Source: Botryllus schlosseri
Taxonomy: Eukaryota
Reading direction: 5' to 3'
Assembly: GCA_051294905.1 (NCBI GenBank)
Contig: CM119372.1
Coordinates: forward strand, 17,114,001 to 17,178,000
Length of the DNA stretch: 64,000 nt
The notes under the pieces are model-generated. The model did no database searches. It was not told the DNA's origin and worked only from the letters and a program-made list of their open reading frames with translations. Numbering within the stretch: position 1 is the first letter of the stretch; every line of letters starts with the position of its first letter. Made by a program: the position numbers and the translations under genes. This document shows, piece after piece, positions 23,701-34,992 of the stretch.

Positions 23701-26700
23701 GTTCGGGGCGGCCGGCGCCGGACTGACGGGCTACAAGATGAAAAGGCGCGTCGGGGGTATCGACCAGTTCGTCTTTCGACCTCTGACTCCGGGGAAAGAG
23801 TTGAGCATTTCGATCGCCATTTCCGGCTGGCTGTCCAGCTCCCAAGGAGAATGTATGTGGTTTTCTGTACGGAACGTCGCTTATCCTTGGCTCGCTGTAC
23901 AGTACACGTACAGTCACAGTCTACCGCTAACATTCATTTTGAAGGGGCCCTGCGATGTGGTCTCAAATTAAAGATGAAAGTGTGGAAAAATTTTTGGCGG
24001 CAGCCATTTTCTTCAGAAAACCAACGTATTCAAAATGCAGTTGAAATATTTTCATGAGTGTTACTTTTCACTCTAGCTTATCTCTTTCGTATCACAGTCA
24101 CAGTAACGTGTCATCGCAGCTTAAGGTAAATGGGAATTTTCACATTTCTCTCTTTAATTTGAGACAACATCATATTCTACGCGTACTTGTCCCATTAAGG
24201 TTTTTTTCTCCCTCAGTTCAAATGTTGCTTTCTTAGCCAAAAGACGTTTTCTATTAGGACAATATCAACCTGCTTCATGTTCTAGCTAGTTGTTCTGGCC
24301 AATGTTGAATGTTATGCACAGGTACATAACCAGGGGAGCAGTTTTAGAAGCCTATCTCCTATTTAATGGGTGTATGCAAATTATTTCGCTCAACTCCCGC
24401 ATTTGACATATTGGTTTTCCTCGCTTACCTTCATTTTACTTCTACATTAATTGTGATCAATATCCTGTGAATTGACTTGAAAGAGATGTGTAGTGCTGCA
24501 TAACAGTTGCAGATTCTCGATATACAGAGGTGATCTTACCGCTGACGCCCTGAACGTAATATTCAACATTTCGAAGGTAATATCGCTCGCAGACCGTGGT
24601 TATAATATAAATTATATTCTAGTTGGGGTACTAGATACCGCGCAGATAACGATAACGTCATAACAGAGTTGCCCAGTTTCTAGACCGAGCTGACCAGTTT
24701 CTAGACCGAGCTGACCAGCGCTCATTATGATATTCCCATCCGCAGGTGACTTTGCGATTCCGTGGCAGTCGCTGAAACAAAGTCAGGAACAGTATTATCT
24801 AGTCTGGGAGTCGGACCATCTTCTCAGACTCGGCGGGGCGTTGGAGTACATCTTGGACAGTCTGGTTTCTGTCGCCGCCAGCGAAGCGCTCAAGTACACT
24901 GTGCTTTCGGGTGGGCAACTTTGATAAGTGTTGTCGGAAGACAAATTTTAATTGAAAAAAATCTGTTTCTAGGTCTTGTCGCCGCCGTGGCGTGGCCTGC
25001 GTCATTGATTGGGGCCGCTAGTATTATAGACAATCCGTGGAGCGTGTGCTTACAGAGAGCAAGTCAGGTACTCGATGATAACTGTACTGTAATTCTTTAT
25101 TGCTATGTATGATGGTTTTATTGCAGTGGTTCCCCACTTTTTTAGACACGCCCCCCTTTATGATAGTGAAAAATTTCGCGCCCCCCTTATCGTCATATCA
25201 CAGAATCCAACCGGGATGCTAGCAACCTAAACAGATTGTTTGATGGCATGGAAGGTTATGTCTGTTGATGAGAGAATTAAAAAATATGAAATTCGGTCGA
25301 TATATAGAGAAACACACCGCTTCTTCGTGCCCACCTTCAGATGCTTTCACGCCCCCCAGGTTTGGAACCACTGTTTTATTGGATCTTGATTGGTTTGTCT
25401 ATATGAAGCGTGCGAGATCTCGTATGTAGACAGGGGTGGTCGTCGTCGGTGGCTAGAATCGAATACAATGCAATTCGCACACCGTATCTTCGGGCTGTTC
25501 TTGTGCACTGTCTTACAACATAAATCTTTATAATTACCCATTCGTCATACTAAATCATGCCCGCACATTCAGTCGTGAATAGCGCTCCGAAATTTGATTG
25601 TGATTTGCTTTGCGAGTGGTCATAACATTATTGACATGCGTTACTGAAGTACTGAATTGAATATAATGTATCTAATTCTTCATTTTATATGCTGTAACTA
25701 GCATATGTTTGTTGTTCATGTGTATAGAGAAGCTTACACGAGCAAGATTATCTCATTCTTGTTGATTAATCTGATTAACCTATTGTAATTTAAAACGTCA
25801 GTTTTCAAAAGATCCCTCCTCTCCCCCCTGGTTGTTTTGTTTCATGAGCCTGAACATCGTACTCATTTTTTGCAGTATACAAGTAGGTTCTGCCTGTCTG
25901 CACTACTTACGGTACTTGAGTGGTTGTGCTTTCGACTGTTACCAATTCTACTTAACAATATTTTAGGCAAAACTACTGTAGCCTCCCTGTATTTGTAATG
26001 TCATTAGTCTTTTGGCGTTGGTCACAAATATATCTCGTGCTGTTTTGAAACTAGCCACCCACGATTAACTTCGAATAGTATGCGACCCCTTGGCCACTGC
26101 CATTGCTACTTGTACCTGTCAACACATCAATTTTACTTCTACTTGTTGAGTAAGAACACCGAGTACTTTGCCCACCTCTGCATACACACGAGTACTGTTA
26201 TATACGTTTTGGACGCACAATGCTTTTATCCACGGTAGTGTCGCGAGTCGTCTTCATTGTCCTCTGTTCTGTGCTGGTATGGTGTTATCGTGGGTATGTA
26301 ACGATAAAGTGTGCGTAATTATCCTGTAAATAATTTTTAATATATAATTCAGTGCACACCATTTCCCTTCACTTCATTCAACTCCGAGCCAATTCTCGAC
26401 TACCGGCCGAATCGCTTGGTTACTTGACCTCTGCCTGTTAGTTACCTTATCCCTTTCCTCAAGGTTGGTAGAGAGCTAGCGGATGTGTTAGTGTCTCGGC
26501 AGCACGGACACCGGCCGGTCACACTGGTAGGATATAGTCTCGGCGCCAAAGTCATTTTTCACTGCCTAGAAGAAATGGTCAAAAGAAAAAGTGAGCTGTT
26601 CTCCATACTCTAATCAGCGACGTGCTCGTGACGGAATCGGTTTTTGCAGACAGCTCGGGCATCGTGGAAGACGTGGTTCTTCTCGGCGCGCCGGTCACCG

Positions 26701-29700
26701 GTAGCGTAGAAAAGTGGAGAGATTTCTCGAAAGTTGTTGCTGGTCACATCACGAACGGATATTGCAGGTCGGTGTGAATTTACAAACGGAAATGTGTAGC
26801 ATGTGAATATATAGTGACGAGATAGTGTACACTGTACAGTGATACGATCCACAGCTACAACACCAATGAGTTGCGAGTACGAATGAGGTAGACTCCAGAC
26901 TCCCTACCGAAGGTTTCAAGCTGTTTATCTAGACTCCTCCTCGCTCACCGTGGACAGTGTCTTACAAATAGCCTGGAACGAATGCTGGTCGTGCTACAGG
27001 TCGCCAGATCAGGAATCAAAATAAAGAATATCGACCTATTGTGAAGTGACCGATGTTGCCAAAACACCATCGACACTAGCACAACAAGTTTGTAGCTAAT
27101 CTAGCCTGCTAATGGCTTTTCGTTTGGAAACGGAAGCTTTGGGTCATGCTGCAGGACGATGGCATGACTCTGATTGCTTTGCTCCTGTAAATGAAGTCTT
27201 GTGCGCAATTCATCTCCATGGCGTTGCCAATTGTAATCGACAATTTTTCGGGCATATACTGATTGATTGCCTCCATAATGAACAGCATTGATCAGAACAA
27301 AAAACTGATCACCATGATAGATGCTATCAAGACCGTGTCTCATATGTATCATTTTGCCTGTTGCCTCGTTGTTGACGATGTTATTTGCATCTCAGATCGG
27401 ATTGGCTGCTGAAGTTCCTTTACCGTACGAGCTCCCGACAGACTGAAGTTGCCGGGTTGCAGCCGATCGAATGGCGCGACCGTCGTATGATCAATATCGA
27501 TTTGACATCTTTGATAAGCGGCCATCTCGACTACCGGACAAATATGAACGCGATTCTGCCGGCCGTGGGATTAAGGTGGGTTGGCTCGTTCTTTGGATTG
27601 GGTTAGGACGACTGCTGGGTGTAATTAGGAATCCTTATCGTGCTATTGTCATTTGTGTTTCACAGTTACTTGTGTAACACTGAAGGCTTTTTTGAAAATG
27701 TGTTTCCTTGTTGAACTGGTGATAGTATTCATTGAATCTATGTCCAAGTTCATAAAATCGAGCCGAGATGCTTAGATTCCTTGAATAGTGAAAGTGCCTT
27801 GGTGGTGTTGACACTCAGGGGGGGAACCTTCACAAATTTGCTCTCGACCCATTACGAATTTGACTTAGTCGTAAATAATGCGCGTCATGCATTTTATGTC
27901 ATATGTCTATACTTTCAAATGTCACATCTATTGGTTGTGGGATTATTCAGTTAACGTTAGTCTCGAAGATGTTGTTCAATCACAAAATTGGCAACCTCTG
28001 ATTAACTGCTAAAAGTATGTGACCCCTCGACCAAATCTAATTATTAACAACTGAATTGAGTAGTTTTCAGACCTTATTTACTGTAGGCCTGCTTCCACTT
28101 GAAGTAGTTTTGCCATGCGTTAGAATTTGCTGCTTCTACTTCTGCCTTAGTAGCAACCAGAATTACATTGACCGCCTCTGGTTGTACCCCGCGAGTGTAC
28201 TGGGTTCTGTATCGATACACCGGCCTAAGAATTCATAAACAGAAGTCAAAATAGTAATCATTCTATTCAAGTACGTAAGTGGAAGTAGTAATTTCCAAGT
28301 AAGTAAAACAGTAAGTATCGTTTTGTTTAAAAAACTGAAAACTGTTACGGAGAGGTTGCGGTGTAAAACCAAAGCCAATTGAGTATTTAGTGCAAGTCCA
28401 CAAAACCTTCTTGAGCACTCAAAAAAAAGTAGAAGTACTTCATTGCTGACCACCGCCAGTGTTGGGATGACTCGTGTCATGACTTGACTCGAGTCAGACT
28501 CGAGTCACCTTTTCGTATGACTTGACTTGACTCGAGTCACTTTGCTAAAATGACTTGACTTGACTTGGCGTTTCAGAAATGTGGATTGACTCGTGACTTG
28601 GAGGAAAATTCACGAGTCAATTTCAAGTCATCAAGTAAAACTCACTCTATCTTGCATATGTTCGGATTGTTCGCCAAATGCTTGTGTAACCCATGAGAGC
28701 GACCAATCATTCAATGATCGTGTGTTTTACTGAACCTCCATTATTCTCTCACAAATATATTGACCTCAAACGAAATGATCGAAGCTTACAGCTTACGCTG
28801 TCGTAAACTAGTAGTAAAGTAAAGTAATTTAATAGCAAAATAATCTATTTCTGTTCTCTGTTCTTACCTTAACCGAGCTTCTTTTTTTCTTGAAATTGAA
28901 ATTCAATATAGTTTATATACTCCTCAACCATTGGCGCAGACTCGAATTATATCATATGAATATGTATAAATGGGTACTGTATTGTATCTTATCAATTCAT
29001 TTCTCATTCTCTATCTTGGCTGGTAACTATAAACTGAGGCTATGCAATTACTTAAACGTAGTTTAATAGTTTCACGTATATGTGCGCGATACAGCCCCTT
29101 ATTACATGTATATTTAACTCTATATTCGTTCATCGGTTCAGAATCAATGTCCAATCAATCTGTAATTCAGACAGCTAGTGAAATGCAATGACGTAATCAT
29201 GCTTCATACTTGGAAAAGGCTACTTGACTTGAATTTTGACTTGACTCGAGTCACCTCCAAAAATGAGTGACTTGACTTGACTTGAGTCAAAATGTGTAAT
29301 GACCTGTGACTCGAAGGTAGTGAGTTGATCCCAAGACTAACCACCGCTATGCGCAAAAAGTTGGTGTCTGCACATAGAACTCACTACATCCTTGGGATAT
29401 ATCCCCAAATCAAACGATGGTTCAACTCTTTCACACAAATTGGAACGGTTGTTTATCCCGAATTACATATCAGAAAGGTCCTCGCATTGATTCAAACCCC
29501 ATGTTTTGGCAAAAACATCCGTTTTCTATCCATTAATTCACAATGTGGTAATGCCTACCACCATCTACTTCGCCGTGCGTTACATTGAAATTATGTTTAC
29601 CGCGTTTCTTTCGTCAACTCAGGTCTGCCGAAGAAGTTTCCAACGTGGCGGCGCTAGCCTGTCACGGCGAAGCCAGGAAATCTCAAAGCGTCCCGGATAT

Positions 29701-30052
29701 AAAGTCGAATGACGACGACACAAATTTGCTGTCAACGTCGACCTCTGAACCTGTCGACGTAGCCAAAACAGCTCCTGCTGAAACTGTGGGGCCGTCAAAT
29801 TCAGAAGCGGCAGTCCTCGGGGATTCTCTTATATGTAACAGCGACCAGCATGCCTCAGAATCACCTTCCAATATTGCAATTAGCGTGAGTGAATTAATTG
29901 ATACGGACAGTGCGGAAGCTGCTTGCGTAAAGCCGGTGGAAGCGGACACTTTGCATGTGAACTGCATCGACGAGAGTCTGTCAGACGTTGGTGGCGATAA
30001 CCAATGCAAACCAGCGCCCGTAAAAGTAGTCGAGGAAGGTGGCACTCGGTAA
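20777..30052 (+). CDS. TMCO4: Transmembrane and coiled-coil domain protein 4 (DUF726 alpha/beta-hydrolase-like), 11 exons, ~667 aa
   Basis: Exons 20777-20931, 21587-21737, 21792-22009, 23040-23182, 23631-23852, 24746-24910, 24973-25067, 26464-26590, 26650-26767, 27396-27575 and 29623-30052. All introns are GT-AG, phases are consistent, and the total is 2004 nt. Motifs RYDSRTRILL, IGLAAIGGGAIIGLTGGLAAPLV, GYKMKRRVG, IDNPWSVC, RPVTLVGYSLGA, SDWLL and GHLDY. Confidence 0.93.
22122..22610. mobile_element. hAT MITE family C (tagggctgggca TIR) in TMCO4 intron 3
   Basis: TIRs tagggctgggca...tgcccagcccta; TSD caaataga/caaatagg. Homologous to the copies at 31633 and 42078, in opposite orientation. 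Confidence 0.9.
23200..23400 (+). mobile_element. SINE remnant in TMCO4 intron 4
   Basis: B-box gggttcgatcc plus ccctgcttggcgctc core shared with the ~18620 copy. Boundaries approximate. Confidence 0.45.
25124..25373. mobile_element. hAT-Charlie MITE (~250 bp) in TMCO4 intron 7
   Basis: TIRs cagtggttcc...ggaaccactg; perfect TSD ttttattg. Homologous interior (atggaaggtta..gatgagaga) at ~19570-19840 and ~41100-41360. Confidence 0.88.
28457..29339. mobile_element. hAT MITE family A in TMCO4 intron 10
   Basis: TIRs cagtgttgggat...atcccaagacta; perfect TSD accaccgc; gacttgactcgagtc arrays at both ends. Confidence 0.9.
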
Positions 30053-31044
30053 CAGGTTCAATGCCGGTGATTGCGATTCTCTTCTTCATCCCGACGATAC
30101 CAATCTTATTGCTTTATCGCGATTCTTTTTTCATCATTGTGAAATTACTCGCATCAAACTAGCCGGGGCAGTCCGCGGACATAGGAGCATGCGACACTTG
30201 ATCATGTAGGGTTAGATTTAAGGTTAGATTACGGTCAGAGGCTATCGGTAGCAAACTATTTCTTCTTTTCGAAGTACTCAAGTAGATTTCCGTACTTGCA
30301 CTACTTACGGGGTTGCGATTTTAGACCAGAATACTTAACAGTTGTTTTGTATTTTTTGTTTTATGCAAAACTAGGCCTACTTCTCCAGTAATAATTTACA
30401 ACAGTACTTCTACTTGTGTTGTGGGTTATAAAGTCGCATGCTCAACTGTCAGGTGACCAATCCGGCGTCCCATAACACCGCTGAGCAAATTTTGAATCAA
30501 ACCAAAGTTCCTATTCTGTGATCGATCGCCCTAAATGCACTTTTACGGATGATTCTGTCATTATGCAAATTTCGCTTTGCCTCACGGCCATATATTTTCC
30601 AAAGCAATATGGCGCAATATTGAAATTCTCCCTGAAGATTTGATCATTGACTCATCACCCTGCCATTTAGAAGGCCTTACGTCCGAATCATTGCCATGTT
30701 CGTCATATTTATTTATTTATAACTTTATTTTAGTCTTACTGCGACAGTAAGAGAGTGTTCGTTCTTGTAATTTCTGCGTTTCTCGGTAGTTAGATCATCG
30801 GTGTATGATGTCAATTTTTCGGTGCCGTTTATGTCGCTTTGTTGTGTCTAAAGGGAAGTCTGATTATTCTTTAAAGTGCGTTATTCGTTATTTTTCTGCA
30901 ACGAGCCTGTTGTCAGCATTTTTCTGGTCGTCTTGACCTGGTTGTTATTATGTCACTGTGCATATTTGTCCCGGATTTTCACGTTCCATGTGAAGCGCCT
31001 TTTAGTCGTACGTTTGAGATTGTCAATGTTGTTGGGTGTATTGC

Positions 31045-31050
31045 AATAAA
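31045..31050 (+). promoter_or_regulatory. Candidate TMCO4 polyadenylation signal
   Basis: AATAAA ~1 kb after the stop codon, following a T-rich 3'UTR-like stretch. Confidence 0.4.
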
Positions 31051-31343
31051 ATTGGAGAATTGGATCGCTGTGACTATTTTGATCTTACGAAACGTAGGAG
31101 TCGCCGTTTGATCGGATTTACGTGAAAAGGTTACGTTTGGAATGACTCGATCCTAAACTGCAAATACCATCAACAAATTGTTTTAATCGAGTCGTCTGAT
31201 AAATTACGGCCGTAATACTCTTGGGACGTCGTAAGAACTGACGATTTTTGGATTAGGCCTATTTCTGCTACACCCCGATCATTTTCGCAAACGAATTTAC
31301 TATTACGTATTTGCTATGGTTTGAAGCTGTGTAATGTGTACCC

Positions 31344-31376
31344 CAAAGAATGTAGAAGGTCCTTCTACATTCTTTG
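31344..31376. mobile_element. 33-bp palindromic micro-insertion with 8-bp TSD
   Basis: gtgtaccc|caaagaatgtagaagg t ccttctacattctttg|gtgtaccc. Confidence 0.75.
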
Positions 31377-31632
31377 GTGTACCCGACAGCTACCTCGAGA
31401 ACAGCCGGTCGCACCGGTTTTATAGAACAGTCTTCCGTAAGTTCATGAGATCAGAAAACCGGTTCGGTTGGGAATATTGATTACCTGTGACGAACGGTCA
31501 GGTTCATGGTTGTTGATTCAGATTTACAAATTTTTATACCCAAGTATTAGCTGATTCAGTTGGCCACTGAAGCTACAGCAGAAAGGGAAGAATTTACTCC
31601 TCACCAACTGTTGGCCCTCGCGACTTCACGAC

Positions 31633-32925
31633 TAGGGCTGGACAAAATCGAGTACCTGAGTGATTCGATTCTGAATCACGTATTATGCCGTATTATGTGA
31701 AAAAAATAGCAGACCGTTAAAAAGTAACAGTTAAGCTTTTCAAGTAGCAGTAGCAGTTACCTGCTAACCCAAATCTCAGTTAACAGAATAGCACTTAAGC
31801 ACATAGCCTTGACATGCAATATAGCCGACATTTATCCTGGAATACCGGATGGAATAGTGGTAGTTCTCTGATGGGTTTCATTATTCGAGAAAAGAGTGCT
31901 ACCACAGTACAGTCTCAACCAGACCACTACATCACACTAGTGACAATAGCAGTGCTTATTCTCAACCACCACCCAATTCCACTGAATGACGTCTTCGGCT
32001 GCAAAATTAAATCCATATTTGTCATGTGCATGCCTCATCTTTACATCGCCTAGGCCCAGGTGGGTGTCTGATTTCAAAGACTACTCCTAGTCGTTTCGGC
32101 ATCTTCCTATCATTCATTGTATTGCAGTCTTGTGATGATTTTGAAGTGATGAAATTGTATGAATAAACTTGAACTTGAAGGGCATAAGGTGGGCGGTTCT
32201 GTAAAAATACTTCATGAATGGATCTTCTTCAAGCTCTATAGTAAGATGAGGCTAGACGACTCTGTGTGATTATGACTTCAACCATAATTAATTGTTAGAT
32301 TAAAGTTGAGGTTTGATATCGTCGAGTTTAGAAGTAAACGAATACATTTGCACTTTTTCGACTAAATTTGCGGTCAATTGTGACGTAGGATTTACCTCGA
32401 ATATAACTGCTAAAAAGTAACAGTTAAAAATCACAGTTAAGATTTCGAAAGTAGCAGTTCGTAACTGCTACTGCTAAATATCGGTTAAGCCGATCTCTAT
32501 GTGCGTCGAGTCGAGTTCGAGTATTCGAGTATCACTCGTTATGACGGCACAATAGAATGTAATATGTCAAAGTTCAAATATGTACCTTTGATGCCACCAC
32601 AAAGGGCACATTAAAGATACTTTGGTATTTTTCGACCTTACCGATTTCATTGCACTTCTTGACAATGTTGTGCGATGATCATGACTTCGAAAATGTGGTA
32701 TTCTCGGTAACGTTCGTAGCTTTGCACTATGTCTGGTATGCTGCAACACGGCCAATCAAGGTTTCAAGGCTTCCTGAGTGGAAAATAGTATCAAAACTAT
32801 AATTCCCGTTAGTAAATTAACTTTCAGTTGCGAGGAGCGTATAGTTTCAGTACTCGAAAAAATCGTCTTTTACTACTCGACTCGAATCAGCAAAATTAAT
32901 ACTCGAAACATTGTGCCCAGCCCTA
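31633..32925. mobile_element. hAT MITE family C carrying nested insertions (~31690-32500)
   Basis: TIRs tagggctgg...cccagcccta; perfect TSD ttcacgac; ~800 bp longer than its sibling copies. Confidence 0.88.
31800..32179 (+). mobile_element. 5'-truncated CR1/L2-type LINE 3' end
   Basis: Shares ctttacatcgcctaggc..ggtgggtgtc..gactactcc..catcttcct with the 48756 stub and ends aataaa(cttgaa)2. 5' boundary approximate. Confidence 0.65.
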
Positions 32926-34992
32926 TTCACGACTCATCACTACTGTGGCGGACCGCTAGTCCTTTTGGTCCAGTGTCCCTAGCTAACGCCAGGCATCCGT
33001 TATGAAGGAAATATACCTTGCTCGTATTGGGATTTTAGTATATCATAACAACTCGTAGAACTATCTCTGCTAGTGTTGCGCAAGCTTCGTAAGCATTGTT
33101 ACGCCAAACATAGTCCTAGCTAGAGTACTGCCTTTTTCCTGTCACTAGAACTTTACCAACCCGGTCTTATTGGCTAACGCATTACAATCACATTCATTGT
33201 TACGCATTTTCGAGTATATAAACCCACGTTTCTCTGTGACGGCCCTTGAGATCTGAGATTCACCTCAGCGCCTGACGTACCATCTCTGCTGCAATACATC
33301 CGTACCGAGTGAAACTGTGGGTTAAGAAGTCGCCAACCTAAGACAGCCAGTCAGCTATCTACTGCTCCAGGCACGACTCAGCCTTACTGCCACATGATGC
33401 CATCGAGTTCGGTAGCTCACCATGACCATACTGTCACACTACACGTACGATATACACATGGTAAGGTTGTTCAGAATTGACCGACTTTCAAAAACTCATG
33501 GTTTTCAGTCCGATTCCCGTGCCTTATGCCTTGAAAACATATTCTAGCCACTTTTTTCTGTAATTCATCCCTTGCATCTGTGTGCATGTTGAGCTGGAAG
33601 AAAATCGGCTGAAAATGGGGGATTCCCTTAAAATTTGAGTGCTGCGATTTTACTTAGCCTACAAAAAATCCAAACATGTCAGGTTTTAAGCAGCTGCTGT
33701 GGTTTGAGGTGATGCAAAACCTCACTGTAGATATTTCTCCGAGTTCAGGACACCATTTTCATATTGCACACTGCCTTGGAAATCCTCCAACTTAACCTAA
33801 AACTGAGCATCATTTTGCGCGATTCACCATGTAAAAGAATACAACTGTAAATGCACCATCCAATCGCGCAGCGACGTGAATATCTTATTATTCAATGAAA
33901 CGTAAGAACATAACTGGGGAATAGATAACGCAGCGATAGAACATGAAAAAAATGGATTAATTTGACAAAAATCCGATACCAATCAGATTTATTTTTCGAA
34001 ATTTTGAACTATTTGTTGGAGATCATCCACGGCTTGGCAGAGACAGGCTTGCTGTTTTCTGTCGTCTGGTATGTACCATGTTTAATGTACTGTACATAGC
34101 GACATGGCGTGGTCGTTATTTAATTGACATTTCGAAAAGGCTAAGAGAGTACATACAGATTTCAGAGTTTTATGGGAAAATTGAAAAGAAAAACCAATTA
34201 TTCACAGAAGTGAAAAGACCAATGCGTGACCGTTATATGCTGGTTACATGCAGTGGCGTGTGGATTATCTATGGATCAGAGGATTATCAACGAAAAACTC
34301 CAATAACTCCGCTTCTACTAGTTGGAATTGATTCAAATTTGTTTTGCATCGTCTCTGAAGACAACTCAACAATTTCATGGGGTTGACAGAAAAATTTTTA
34401 AAATTTTTTTTTTAATTTTTCTGTATAAATTAAAAATTTTAATTGGATCTGCGGACCCTTATACTTGTTAGAATTGAACCAAATATGGTGTGAAGCGTTT
34501 TTTAGGGTAACCTGACAATTTAATGACTGAATGGCTGGAATCAAGAAAATAAAGTTGTTTTTGAACAGCCCTACTGCACAGTGTACACAGTCGGCTAAAA
34601 GCAGCGTATTTGGTAGTCCTATAGCTGGCGACCAGAGAGATAAAATTTAATCAGACTGGTCTCTATCGAAAGCTAGTGTCGCACTGATTCCGAAACACAC
34701 AAATTAAAATGTGAGCATCGCAATGGAACCACACCGAAATAGCCGTCAAGGCCGATTGTTCCGAACAATTGCAGCACCGCAACACAGTGACCAATTGACC
34801 ATGGTAATGGAAATTGTATCGAGCGATTATTCGCAACAAAACCGATTTTCAGACTTTGATAGACATTTCGGGGTGGTTCCGTTGTCCTGGCCAGCTTTCA
34901 AATTGTATTTCCGGAATCAGGGCGACAATAGCTTTCGATTAAGATCAGTATTGCTAAATTGGAGTTAGCGGGGGAGATACCATAGTGGTGAC

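Noticed and set aside
33097..33460. Solo LTR (tgt start, tataaa, aataca)
   Set aside because: No defined CA end, TSD or second copy in the window.
33460..34575. DNA transposon with taaggttgttcagaa/ttttgaacagcccta ends
   Set aside because: The inverted match is short and imperfect and no TSD is visible. Probably an old element but not supportable.
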